63,459 nucleotides of DNA, filler included, from Pelomyxa schiedti (GCA_020536535.1; 10 parts of 10 records of this genome joined end to end with filler, not necessarily neighbours in it), one strand, 5' to 3'. Counted from the whole stretch's first letter, positions 22,718 through 35,771 are shown. Made by a program: numbers and translations. Notes: generated from the letters alone by a model not told the origin.

Positions 22718-25054
22718 ACATTTGGTGCAGGCATTACAACGGGGTGGGCCGGAGTTCCGGTGCGACTTCTGCGGTGCTTGGACTTCTTTTTCTCTGGGGC
22801 ACTTATGGGTTGCTGCTGTGGGGCCGGGACCGGAACCGCAGCAGTGGAAGTAGTGGATGTAGTAGTTGACGTAGGCGGCTGAGGTGGGGGTGGGACTTGC
22901 ACTTGCCTCTGTGGGCGTGGCAGCTGCTTGTTGTGCCTGGATTTCTTGTGGGGTGGTGGAACTTGTGCTTCTGTGGTTGGCTGCTGGCTTGGCGGGGGTA
23001 CTGGTAGTGGTAGGGGTTGGGACAGTGGTGGGGATGATGGCTGGGTTAGGTTCTTCGCCGGCACCCTCCCTTGCACCTTCCCCTGCACCTGCACCTGCAC
23101 CTGGACCTGCACTGGTTGTGCTTGAACAGCTTTTGCTGGTTTTACTGAAGGCGCCTGCGGTTGCTGCTGCGGGGGCGATCGCGGTAGCTTAGATTTTTGA
23201 AGATGAGGGTGTGATTGGGTAGTGGTCTGCTGTTGCTGTGGAGGCAGAGCTGAAAGCACAGGTGGTGGTCGCATTCCTTGATCTGTAAAAGCCTGTGAGG
23301 GGTTTTAAAGAGAGATTGGTTGGTACCAGGCATGTATCCCGGAGGCAGTACTGGTATGGGCGTTGCGTATCGGCACATGGGGCAGGTGATGCATAAACCA
23401 CAGACATTCGGATAGGTGCCCAAAACGAAATGGGGTATGACATCTCGCCGGTACCTTTTCCTAACACTAGTGCCGACGTTTTCATCTTCACTGGAGGAAC
23501 TACTGGAACTGCTACTGCTACTGCTATCTTCTGCTTGGCCATTATAACAGCTTGTAGCACATTGTGCATTAATCATTTGCCCACATGGGGGGTATTGTAT
23601 ACGGTAGGGCCAATTTGTTGGATAGTTGGTTGGCGCAACGAGTCCATCCCCAGTGTTCTGGTAACAGGGTCCTCTTGGGATTTTATTTCCATGCTTTCGC
23701 TTCTCTTTTGTTGATTGGGACTCTATGACTGGGGTAATTGGCTGCAGTTCCCCGTAGTTAGCTTTTGGTTGCGTGTCGACCTGCCCTGGAGCTGGTTCGC
23801 CTTCACTTTGACTTGAATCTGAATCACTTTCATAAGATGCAGTATCACCCTGGGGATAAATAATTGGAACTGGGGCAGCACTGTGGAGGACGGTGCTTGG
23901 TGCTGTTTCATCCTTAACGACTGTTGCTGGCACCGTGACTTCGGGACATTTTGGAATAGGGACTTCTTGGTTTATACAACCTGGTTGAGGTAGACTAACT
24001 TGTGAAGTACTAGTGTGAGTAGTTGGCGATGGCTGTCGGATTTTGGATGTATCTTGTTCAGGGTCTTCCTTAATGTGGTCGCCAACTGAGGCTGAATCTT
24101 GCCTGGTGTGAGTGTTAACATTCTTATTAAATAGGGTAAGGGAGTCTACTGTACTGGTGCCTTTAATCTACTCTCAACTGAATCCCCCGGTGGTGGTTTC
24201 CTATCCATGGTCCTCTTTTGACGCCTATTGTTGTCTTTCTCCATTCTGTCATCTCTCTCTCCCCCTCTGTTATCTCTGTCCCTTTCCCTATCCCTATCCC
24301 AGTCCCTATCGTTTTCTCTGTTCCTATTCCTCTCTTGGTCCCTATCCCAGTTAATTTCCCTGCTCCTGCTCCTGCTCATGGTCCTGCTCCTGCTCCTACT
24401 CCTACTCCTACTCCTATTCATATTCCTGCTCCTGCTCCTACTCATATTCCTGCTCCTGCTCCTTGTCCTGCTCCTGCTCACGTTCATGTTCCGACTCCTA
24501 CTCCTGCTCCTGCTCCGACTCCGACTCCGACTCCGACTCGTGGTAGTGGGCCTGCTCCTGCTCCCCGTTATCTCCCTAAACCCATGGTCCCACCCGCTCC
24601 TGCTGGCCCCGCCTGCCGACCCGCGCCTCCCCCAGCCCGCCCCGCCGTCGTGCCGCGGCGACCAGTGGCCCCCCCCGCTCATGTAGCCGCAGTACCGGAA
24701 CCGCCCCATCGGCGGCGACCCCCCCCCCGCCGCCGGCGTCCACCGCGGCCACCCGCACCCGTCGTCCTCGCTCGCCGTCCCGCTCCGCGACGACGGGGGC
24801 TCCCGCCCGTCCCGCGTGTAGAACGAGCCGCGGCCGCCCGACGACCCGCGGGACGACGATGACGACGACGGCGACGGCGAGTCCTGGCGCCGCCGCCCCC
24901 CGTCGCCGTTGCCGTTGCCGCTCGCCGCCCCCGCGGCCGACGCGGAGACGGAGTGCTCCGTGGGCCCGCCGAGCCCGACTACCCCGTACGAGGACGACGA
25001 CGAGGCGCCGTGCCGGGGCGAACTGGGCAACTCTCCATCCTCAGCATCACCCAT
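22718..25054 (-). CDS. Large low-complexity protein with RS-dipeptide domain, Cys-rich segments and P/Q-rich tail (3' end in gap)
   Basis: ORFs 24146-25054, 23142-23933 and 22666-23274 join through plausible short GT-AG introns (~24110-24155; ~23285-23330). Long (RS)n/(RD)n tract. Confidence 0.65.
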
Positions 25055-25360
25055 TTTTATTGCCTTTGCAGTTTTTCGTGGCGTGCGTCGTGGCCTACGG
25101 CTTTTTGGTTCTTTCTTTTGCTTTGTTTTCTTTCGTCTGATCGTTCAATCGCTTTTCGGTGTCACAGGATTGCTACTGTGGCTTGGTGGGTCCCACAATT
25201 TCGTCACCCGGCGGTGGCCCGGCGTAGCAGCGCAACACCCATAGTTTTGTTCTTGCGGGCATTGGGGCCTGTGGGGGTTTGCAACTGACCGGAACGGCCC
25301 AGAGAATTTCGCAACGAGACAACTTGGAAGAATCAAGGAAAAAAAGAGAAAAAAAAACAA

Positions 25361-28300
25361 ATGGAGGAGCTGCTGCCGGTGATCAACAAGCTGCAGGACG
25401 TGTTTGCGACGGTCGGAGGTACTCACGTCGTCGTTGTCTAGACATTCTCGGGATCTTACTCGTTTTTTTTTCTCTTTCCCCCAACCACAGGCAATGTCGA
25501 TATGAGTATAGATCTGCCTCAGATCGTGGTTGTTGGTAGCCAGTCTGCTGGAAAGAGCAGCGTGCTCGAAAACGTTGTCGGGCGCGACTTTCTTCCCAGA
25601 GGCTCAGGAATCGTCACCCGACGACCGTTAGTTCTGCGGCTAAGAAATGTCTCAAAAGGCACAAAACCGTACAGCACATCCGGTATTCCCACAATGGCGC
25701 AATCGCGGACGGCCAGCACCAACACCAGCACAGCTAGCGCCACGCGACCTGGCGCAATCAACCCAGCACAATCACAAATGCAGGCACAAATGCAAGCACA
25801 ACTTGGCTCGGCTGCTCCTGCTACGGCGGCCAGGCAGCCAATGAGTCTACAGCAACGCACCGGCAATCAACCCAACACACTACAACAGCCAAATATGGGA
25901 CAGACTTCACGGACACCAACGCAACCACAGGCACCAACAACTAAGGCACCAACAAGCACACCCACAATTACAGCAACTCTTCCAGCTCCTTCTTACCAAA
26001 ATGATGCAGAGGAGTGGGGTGAATTTTTGCACAGGCCGGGTGTACTATTCACAAACTTCAATGATATCAGGGATGAAATCGTTGCCGAAACAGACAGGAT
26101 GACAGGTAGGCGCATCCTCATGTTTTCTTCCACTATTAATACGGGTATAAAGGAAAGAACAAAGGAATTTCACCTGACCCAATAACTCTCACAATTTCAT
26201 CCCCTCATGTTGTCAACCTTACACTTGTAGATCTCCCCGGCATAACCAGGGTATTACTGTTCTCCTGCCACCCAACCAACCCTCCTGTAGGTACCAGTGG
26301 GTGACCAGCCAACGGACATCGAGAGACAAGTCAAAGATATGGTGAACGGGTAACCCTACCTCTCCTTTGTTTCAGATATCTTTTTGGGTAACGTCCTCTG
26401 CATAGGTATATCTCCAAGCCAAATAGTATCATTTTAGCCGTCACTGCTGCCAATGTTGACTCTGCTACCTCTGATGCCCTTCAGATGGCAAGAATGGGTA
26501 TGTACCAGATAAAAATTCATCATCTAATCTTGGAGCCCAGTTGATCCACAGGGTGTGAGAACACTTGGAGTTATCACAAAATTGGATTTGATGGTAGTTT
26601 TTTCCATCCACTGATTTTGATGATAAATTTCATGTAGGATAAAGGAACGGATGCTATGGATATGTACGTTTGGTGTTGTTGTTACAATACAAAGAAAGAA
26701 AGAGTGTAGAGAATATTGACCAAGTTACAGTTTCACTGGGAGGTCCATACCTCTTAGCTTGGGATACATTGGAATCATAAATAGATCCCAAGAAGATATC
26801 AATTCAGGAAAACCAATACGCCAAGCTCTAGGTCTTTTCCTCACTTCACTCCTTTTTCCTCACCTTCAACAGAGGACGAAAAGAAATTCTTCATAAGTCA
26901 TCCCATATATAAATCGATTGCAAAAAGGCTTGGTACCCAGCACTTATCATTTACTCTCAATAAGGTCGTTTCCATACCCTAGTCCTTATGTTTCGTGCAT
27001 TTACTCCATGGTAGATCCTCCTAAATCACATCCGAGACACTATACCAGAGCTTAAAGTGAAAGTAAACAAACTTCTTGCTGGTAAGAGGTCAAGTACTGT
27101 AATTTAAACTTAATTGAAAAAATCTAGATGCAAAAGCAGAGTATTCACAATATGGTGATCTTATATCTTGCAATGGGGGTGAGGTGTTATCACATCTTCT
27201 TCAAATCGCATATCTAACGGGAAAATTTCAACAGGGAGCACTCCTTTTGCAAATTTTGACGAAGTTTTCCAATGACTTTTGTGCGATTATTGATGGTAAG
27301 TCTATTGGAACTCAACAGATTTCTCTGACTGAATTGTACTTCTCACTCCTTAATCAATCTGCCTATCCTGTGTTAACCTCGTCATATCAAGAACTGGGGG
27401 CGCTCGTATCAGCTATATTTTTAATGAGATCTACTCATACTGCTTGAGTAACATGGATCCTATTCGTGATCTGTCACCACAAGATCTGCGAACTGTTATA
27501 AAAAATGCAACAGTTAGGAGAAGTGAATTTTGCTTTTGTCCCCGAGTTTAACTGTAGTTCTTTCATTAGGGCCCACGAGCTTCTTTATTTATTCCCGAGT
27601 CTTCATTTGAGTTACTTGTGAAGCAGCAAGTTTCAAAGCTGGAACCACCAAGTATCGAGGTGTGTTTTATTATTTTGTTCTGTTGATAGTCTAATTTATG
27701 AAGTGCTCTGATCTTGTTTACGAAGAATTGTTAAGAATTGTTACACAATTGGAGGCCAAGGTTTGTATCCGAGGGAAATAAAGAGGGGTAAACAACTTTG
27801 ATAGGACCTCTCACGCTTTCCTGTTTTGAGACAAGCCGTTGTAGAAGTTGTCAATGCCCTGCTTTCTCTGAACAAATCTCCAGCACAAACTATGATCTCG
27901 GATCTCATCAAAGTATGTGAGATTTCATTGTGCCTTTTTCCTCACTTAACTATGCACTAAGATCGAACTGGCGTACCTAAATACATCACACCCCGACTTT
28001 AAAGTTTCACAATCTCTACAAGCTGTTTTTGAGATGAGTAAAAAAGAGGAGGTAATTTTAACCAATATTACATTTTCCTCAAAATCCTTTTACAGACTGC
28101 ACCCAATTCTACTGTCAACAGTGCCATTGCATCTGTGAAGTCGGGTGCTACTCAAGCCAGTCAAACCGTGCAGAATTTTGCCCAATCGCACCGACCTGGT
28201 GCTCCAACAACAAGTGGACCAGAGCCTCCACAGCCAGTAGCCGCCAAACCCCCAAAAACTTCTGCAAGTGTTCCGCCCCCTCCACCTCCTGTGAAGCCCA

Positions 28301-29325
28301 GTTTCACAGTTCGTTTTCTTCCCCCTGTCTTTCTGAACACGTGCCAACATCATTTTTAGCAATGTCCTATTTGCAACGAGCAGCTATCCTGTGAACCCAG
28401 CATTGTGCACGCCCATGTCGACAGTTGCATGAAGAGAAACCGTGTATGACAATCTTCACTAACTTTCTTATTAACTTTCTCCCAAAGAGCCTCCTTGAAA
28501 AATTTTTTGGTCACAAGGTACCTATTATCCTCCTGTTAATGTTATCAAGTACTCATTATTCATCTTCTCCAGGGGCAAGAACAGTATGATATGGCTCAAG
28601 CCATGCTAAATGACTCGAAACAGCAACTGCAACAACAGCAACAACAGCAGCTGCAACAACAAATGCTGCAACAGCACGAGCAAAGGCAATTGCTCCTACA
28701 GCAACAACAGCAGTTAATGCAGCAGCAACAAGCTGCATCCCGGGGACCCAGAGCATCTACCCCACCACCTCAGCAAGTCATAGCTCCTCAAGAGGTGCAT
28801 GCGGAAGTGATTGCCCACCAAGATGGAGCGACATTTTCTGTGCGTTTTCACACCTCTTCATTCAATTCCAGTGAAAACTGATTTTTGTTTTTCCAGATGC
28901 CTAATTCCCTTTTCCCAGGGGAGGTCTCTGACAAGGACAAATTTGAAGCCGAAGTAATTAGTTGAGTCTAACTTTTGCCAAAAACAAGTACTAACGTATG
29001 CCAGAACACCTCCTCAAGGCATACTTTGATATAGTCCGAAAGAATGTGCTGGACACAGTGCCCAAGGCCATTATGCATTTCCTTGTGAACGCAACCAAAG
29101 AGTCTCTGCAAAACGAGCTTGTAAAAGCGTTGTACAAACCAGAGAAGTTTTCTGAACTCCTTGCGGTAACAAACAAATATTCACTACCAAACACAACTCA
29201 CAATTACTAAGGAATCGCCTCAAGTTGCTCAGAAAAGGCATCTGTGTAAAGCAAAGCTGGATACCCTTTCCAAGGCTTCCGAAATCATCAGTGAAGTTCG
29301 TGACTTCTCATTTTCATCCCACTAG
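25361..29325 (+). CDS. Dynamin-related protein (Drp1/Dnm1/Vps1 type), about 17 exons
   Basis: [101 protein letters not shown]; TAG at 29323-29325. Confidence 0.95.
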
Positions 29326-29469
29326 AAGCATCACTACCATTTTTTGTACTAAAGACTCACAAAGAAGCCATACTACAATAATTTTTTTTACTTTCCTTTC
29401 CGAAAGAACCATTGGACCACAATCATTAATTGATGGTAATAACCGAACAATTCATCGAAAACAACTGAA

Positions 29470-30820
29470 ATGAGCGGGAACAAGTGTGTTGGGGATCTCG
29501 TCGCATTGTTTCCATCGTGGGACCGTTCTGTTCTGGAGTCCGTCGCCAAAGCCCATAAGTGGGACGCAGCAGCCGCCGCCGAGTTCATCCTCGCCACCGG
29601 ATCCGCCAAGTCCTCCAAGTCCACCACCGCCTCGTCAAAACCAACAACAAGCTCGGCTGCGAGTGCGCCAGTGAGGCCAAAGACTCCCCCCTCAGCCTCG
29701 TCGTCGGCTATTTCATCACCCGGGGGGGCTCTTGCCAATTCCAGCAACGAGAGCGGCAAGAGGTCCAAGTCGAAAAACAAGTCGAGGAAGATGGCCAAAA
29801 AGCTGTCCGTGATGTTTCCGGATATGGAATTTGGTGTCATTCAGACTGTTACCGTTGCCAACAACAATGATGTGCAGGCTTGTGTCAATTGCTTGCTCTC
29901 AATGCAAAAGTCTTCTCCCTCGTCTCAGAGTACTGTGTCCTCTGCAACCAGTGTCAAACCCGCAGTTACTGTAACCAAGAACATTGTAACCGAACAATGC
30001 ACAGAAGCTGCCAGCAGTAGCGACCTGAATGCACCTCACTCAGCCATAAACTCACCGACATCAGTTTTGCCAGAGAAAACGACCAAGGATACTGCATTAT
30101 TATCTTCACCCACAGCTGCTGCTCCACTCACAGGTGTTCTTCGAGATTTCTTGATTTCCTGCCACTAAAAACCTCTGTAAGGTAATACTGTACAACTATC
30201 AGAGGAAGACTCCATTCTTCTGGCAACTGTTCTCTCAGCTTCCATGGACACTTCCATCCCTAGTTCGGCTAAGCCCGCCTCTATGGAAATTACACCTCCA
30301 GCTCCAAATACCTCCACACTGGACAATGTGATTTCAACAAGCACTATGACCTCGACTACTACAAGTACCACGAGTACCACAAGTACAAGTCCCACTGCTC
30401 TCCCTCCGACAGGTGCCACAGTCTCACTTCCTGTTGTAACTTCCAGTAGCGAGCCTTCTTCACGGGGAATCCGCGAATTGATGGAAGTTTTTGGTGAGAA
30501 AATCACTACTGATCAAGCTCGTTTAGTTCTGCAGGCATGTGGGGGTGATGTAGACAGTGCTGCAAACCAAATTCTTGTGAGTTTTCTTCTCCCTGTGATG
30601 AACTTTATATCTAACTTCTTTGAAGATGCACATCATATCTGAAGAAGAGCAAGCCCTTCCTCCAAGTGAGGCACGCTCTCATGAGCATTTTGTAGTACAA
30701 ACGTTTGGTTCTGCTGATAATGTTTGGAGTGCCATCTCCCAGGATCCTTTGACGAGTGCGGACCATGACAGAGTTATGAATCTCCTGTCCAGGTTGGCAG
30801 TTTTTTTTTGTCAACACATT
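29470..30820 (+). CDS. Multi-CUE/UBA-like ubiquitin-binding domain protein (3' end in gap)
   Basis: Three CUE-like units: LVALFPSWDRSVLESV, LSVMFPDMEFGVIQTV...DVQACVNCLL, LMEVFGEKITTDQARLVLQACGGDVDSAANQIL, separated by S/T-rich linkers. Confidence 0.7.
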
Positions 30821-31103
30821 TNNNNNNNNNNNNNNNNNNNNNNNNNNNNNNNNNNNNNNNNNNNNTTAATTAATTAANNNNNNNNNNNNNNNNNNNNNNN
30901 NNNNNNNNNNNNNNNNNNNNNCGTTGCTTCACTGAATCACATGATTCGCGAAGATCTATATCCAGGGAGCCCAACCCAGGTGCATCTTTACTGAGCTTCG
31001 TGAACCAAACATCGAAATCATCACATCAGCCATACGATCTCTGCTCCAAAGAATCAAAAAACGAACAAAATCAAAGCGAACTTAAAGAAAAAACCAAAAA
31101 AAA

Positions 31104-32602
31104 ATGGAGGCAGCACAAGAAACCAACAAGGAGGTCCCTCGGGGGTCTCTCACCAACGAAGTCCACAAGGACACCACACCGCAACAACAACCACCGCCGC
31201 TCGTGCTCGACCCCAAGGAAGTAGTTCGATCAAACTCAAACACGGCCCGAGACGCCGACTACTACCTGCACAACCCCCTGTCCAGGACCACGTCCCCAAA
31301 CTCGAACGACTCAGATCTAGCAGACTCGCGAGACAGCACAGGCGAGAAGCGCAAGCGACGGAGAGGCGGCGCGTGCACCAGGGGGAGGAAGCGCCCCATA
31401 ATACTGCAGGTGCTCCTGTCGATCTCGTTCATCGCACTGATGATCGCCGTGCTCGCCGCGCTGGTCCCATCATTCACTCTGTGGGTCACTTCCTTGCGCG
31501 GTCTGGAAAAGCTGCAGACCGAGAGCCTGAACGACGCGATGACGATGAGGTGCACCAACATCAGGACGACGGTGGAGGCCAACATCAACAACTGCGAGAG
31601 GGAGCTGAGGAGCGTGGCCGGCTGGGCCGGCAGGAAGGTCGATTCCGCGCTAGCGCAGCTCGGTGTGCCGACTTATGGGAGGAGTAGCCCGCCGCTGGAT
31701 TTGGTGCTCAACGAGACCATGTTTGGGTCAATGACTTTGCAGATTTATGGCCAGTGGGCAACTGCTTTTGCCGTGTTTGTCGAGGAGGGGATGTATTTAA
31801 TCACTTCCAGGAGTGACTGGGGTCCTGTGTTACTGATTCAAACTGAGTGTGTAGTTGCTTCATTTTCTTCTTCTTTTTTCCGGTTCTAACCTTCACTTCA
31901 GTTGGGGAGAAAACTACTCCACTGTGGCATACTTTTACTTTCCCGATGATTACGCCCCCAACTGGGCTTTCGAGATTCACTCGTCGCTCGTGGCTTTCAA
32001 CTATCACGCGGGTCTCACAGATGAAATCCTGGCCTCTCTTCCATCTTCCTTGTACTGGAGCCCTCTTGAAATTCCGCAGAATACCCAAGCGGTCACTCAA
32101 CAAATTTTTGCTGGCTTAATCCTGCCCAGTACGCAGAAGATGGTGGGCGTGATCGCTGCAGCCATCATGCCCGATGCCTTCCTCAATTTGTTCAATGACA
32201 GCATCACAGAGGGAATGCTGTGCGCGTTCATCCAGGACCAAGACGGCTGCTTGGTGAGCAGTTCGTGTGAATCTGCATCCAGGGAGGTGAATTCCAATAT
32301 TGAGAGGGTTTGCACAGTCAACTCAACACTTTGGGAGATCAGAGATTCTTCTTCAATGATCTCGGACATTCCTCCAGAGCATTCAGATGCAGTGATCATT
32401 GTCGAGAAGTCCAATTACACAGTAGCGTTCCTTCAAATTCAGTCGAATGAGGGATTCAAGGCCGTTGTAACAGTAATTGCTGGTATGTTCTCAATGCCGT
32501 ATCTACAACAATTTAAGCTTCTTCCAGACACCAAGTACTTCGAACAAACCTATAATTCGGTGAAAGCAGACTCACAAATGTATATCATCATCAGCCTTGC
32601 CA
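31104..32602 (+). CDS. Membrane sensor-like protein (TM, extracellular Cache-like region, start of second TM); cytoplasmic part lost in gap
   Basis: Hydrophobic ILQVLLSISFIALMIAVLAALVPSFTLW, ~300-aa mixed alpha/beta region, then MYIIISLA before the gap. Confidence 0.55.
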
Positions 32603-32704
32603 TNNNNNNNNNNNNNNNNNNNNNNNNNNNNNNNNNNNNNNNNNNNNTTAATTAATTAANNNNNNNNNNNNNNNNNNNNNNNNNNNNNNNNNNNNNNNNN
32701 NNNC

Positions 32705-32796
32705 AACGAACTCTTGCCCACGTCAGCCCCACCCACGACACACACCAACAATTCACACGACGTCAGTTCCCCGCCAGCGTAACCCGTTGATGTCAT
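32705..32796 (-). CDS. Ras-superfamily small GTPase, first codons only (cut by gap)
   Basis: MTSTGYAGGELTSCELLVCVVGGADVGKSSL contains a beta1 strand plus G1 P-loop GxxxxGKS. Confidence 0.7.
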
Positions 32797-32829
32797 CTCA
32801 TCTTTTCGCTTCGTGGAAACTATGCAAGA

Positions 32830-33081
32830 GTGAGGGACAAAGTGGAAAAATGCTTGTTGAGGCCACAACAAACGTGCATTCCACCCACATTCCAAACCAA
32901 TCCTCTCACCCTGCACGCAGTGGTAGCATGTTGGTTTCTTCTGGGCATCAAAGAACAAGTTCACTGTGATGATCGTGATGACTGTAACTTAACATCACAT
33001 CACATCCACCATCCCCACAAAGTGAGATTCTTCTCTCTGTTGGCCGCCATTCTCAACGCCACCAACACTCACACCCACACC
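32830..33081 (+). pseudogene. Remnant of the 3' end and trailer of an ANK-F-box family copy
   Basis: Colinear similarity to 35545-35840 (DKVEKCL...EATT, CFFW..K, CDDR, HHIPTK* and trailer CTCTCTGTTGGCCG..ATTCTCAACGCCACCAACACTCACAC). Confidence 0.75.
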
Positions 33082-33563
33082 TGTGAAAGTGATGACTTCC
33101 CGAAAAAGGGAATCGCGGTGTTGGCACAGAGCGACCCTCAGAAGTCAGACAACTTCCGGGAATTCCATGGCACCTGACGCTGTGCATCGCGTCCACAGAA
33201 TGCTCGGAATTCATGGGACTCTGGGCTTATAAGCAACACTGCTTTCACTCACCTCAGAACAAGTAAAAATAATAAATATATTCTTCTTCCCTTTCAAACT
33301 TTAAATGAGTACTACAACGACTGTGAGTGACACGTTCTCACAGGGAGTGACTGCTGCACTCATTGTTGTAGTTGTCATTTAAAGTTTGAAAGGGAAGAAG
33401 AAAGTATTTATTATTTTTACTTGTTTTAGGTGAGTGAAAGCGGCGTTGCTTATAAGCCCAGAGTCCCATGAATTCCAAGTATTCTGGGGACGCCATGCAC
33501 AGCGTCAGGGTCGCTCTGTGCCGACACCGCGATTCCCTTTTTCGGGAAGTCATCACTTTCACA
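33082..33563. mobile_element. ~480-bp foldback (near-palindromic) element with TGT...ACA termini
   Basis: 33082-33320 is the reverse complement of ~33364-33563 at high identity. The left arm has an extra ~35 bp and the spacer is ~45 bp. Confidence 0.7.
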
Positions 33564-33655
33564 CGACGAGTGCAGCAGTCACTCCCCGTGAGGACGTGCC
33601 ACTCACACACCCACGCTCACCACCCTTTTCAATTTTCAAGGAAACCCTGTGTCCG

Positions 33656-35771
33656 ATGGGGCAAGAAGCGTCGTCGGGAGTGTTAGATACAGTGTCATTG
33701 GCCGACACGCGCCCTGAAAGAAGGGCGGAGAAGTACCTACAGCTCCAGCAGCGCTTCTTGCTCCTCGCCGGCAAGTCCAAGCACCCCCTGGTTCGCGCCG
33801 CGGCGGTCTCGGGCCACGCCCGCAAGGTCGCCCGCCTCGCCGCCGCCGTCGCGCCCGGCCACGAGCTCGACAAGTGCAGCCACGTCAGGTGGGACGACCT
33901 GAAACCCCTGGCCCCGCTGCCGCCATCGTTCAGCCGCGAGGCCGCCCTCTGCGCCGCTGAAGTGTTCTTTCCCGCTCTCTGCCCCCCTCCCTCTACTCGC
34001 CCTCACTACCACTACTACACGCACTGGTACAGCGTGGTGCACGTGTGCGCGGTGCTGGGCCACGCCGACGAGATGGACGCCGTGCTCGAGGCGTGGGTGC
34101 CCAGGGGCGCCATCTCGGGCTTCACCGCGGGGCCCAAGGGGGTGGCTGTGGCCGCTGCGGATTATCTGGTGAACCACGGGGCTGGGCCAGAGAGCAGGAC
34201 TCCTTTGATGCTGGCGGTTATTAATGGCAACGCGGAGGTGGTGAGGAGGCTTGTGGGACGCTGGGGCGCAGCGGGGGTCGGTGGTGCCGACTTGATGCGC
34301 CCGATGCTCTCTCATGGGAGGTTATGCAATCCTCTGTATTTGGCTGTGGGCTGCGGTGTGGTGGACTGCGTTGATGCCATTTTGTCGGCAGTGGATGAGG
34401 CCGTGAGGGTGAAACTTGTGGGAATGGAGGCAAGTAACAACCGCACTCTTCTGGAAGAGGCGTTGAGCAAGCCGGATCGGCCGGGAAATTGTGGTCTGAT
34501 AAAGGTGTTGGCAAACCCAAAATGGGGTGAGAGTGTGATTCAGGAAATGGACTCCAGGTAGCCCATTTTGTATCTCAAAAAAGGAGGTTGGATGGGGGCT
34601 GAGGAGATTCTCACTCACCTGTGCGGGGTGTTCTGCCGAGGTTTGGCTATTGCATACTTCAGTGGACCAAAGCAGTGCAGACCCGTCATCGGAAGTCACC
34701 CCAAGTTCGTGCAGTCAATCGACGAAATTTCACCAAAGACAGGAGACACTGTGTTGTACAAGGCCACAATCAAGGGTGACACCGAGGTCGCACTGGAAGC
34801 TCTCTCCTTTGGTGCTGATCCAAACATTCAGTGCAAGAGAAATCCCAAGTGGTGCGACTTCCCAGAAGAGCTTCGGACTCCAATGGTGATGGTAATTGCA
34901 TCGGAACAAAAAGAACTGGTGAAAGAGATGGCCAGGCGTGGTGGTGTTCTCCCCCTCGCGTTTTGCAACAGGATGTCTGACTCTGCGTTTTCTCTCGAGG
35001 CTTACGTTGATGGTTTGTTGAAATTCCCAATTCATATCCTCGAACCGACAACTTTTAAAGGAACTTGGGACCAACACATTGCCGCGAATAAGGAGTTCCG
35101 GAAATCACTTCCGGCAGTGAAGTGGAACTCCGAACTTCGAGGTTCCTCTCCGTTTGATCTTCCTTTCATTCCATCACAAATTGAATTCACACCGGGAGCT
35201 CGAGTTCAGTGTGCACAGTTTCCTCACCGACAATAATTTCACACAATCACAGAATTGACGTGTCATTGACACAGATGATGGTTCAATTCAACACCGAAAT
35301 TACCGGAGTGATGGAGTTGCTTGACATTCAATCTCTTGGCCGTGTTCAGCAGACTTCCCGCTTTTGGTATTTCTTATCCCTTGCGAAAGTCTCCTCTCTT
35401 CATCCATTTTTTTTTTGTGTGCAGGTATCAATGCGGCAGAACAAATGTTCTTTGGAAAGTGCGTGTTCCTAATGATTATATTTTTTGTTTTTCCTGACTT
35501 GTAATCAGAGAGCACTTGTAAATTCAAGCCGAGAATGGAGCCAAACAGTGAAGGACAAGGTGGAGAAATGCCTTGAATCACTTCCAGAGGCCACAACAAA
35601 GGTACACTTATCAACACTCCGAACAAACCAATTCTCTCGCAGTGGAAGCATGTTTGTTTCTTCTGGGCAGCAAAGAACAAGTGCACAGACTGTGACAAAG
35701 TCTATCGCAACTGTGATGATCGTAATTACGGTACTCAACATCACATCACACCCACCATCCCCACAAAGTGA
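33656..35771 (+). pseudogene. Ankyrin-repeat plus C-terminal F-box protein, copy A, with a premature TAG (or a sequencing error)
   Basis: MGQEAS start; ankyrin motifs (SVVHVCAVLGH, TPLMLAVINGNAEVVRRLV, GDTVLYKATIKGD, TPMVMVI); spliced F-box FNTEITGVMELLDIQSLGRVQQTSRFW|YQCGRTNVLWK; TAG at 34559-34561 where copy B has TGG. Confidence 0.75.

Noticed and set aside
34559-34561. UAG reassignment (alternative genetic code)
   Set aside because: The dynamin (29323-29325) and papain (56913-56915) genes end in TAG at expected C-termini, and other genes have no in-frame TAG.
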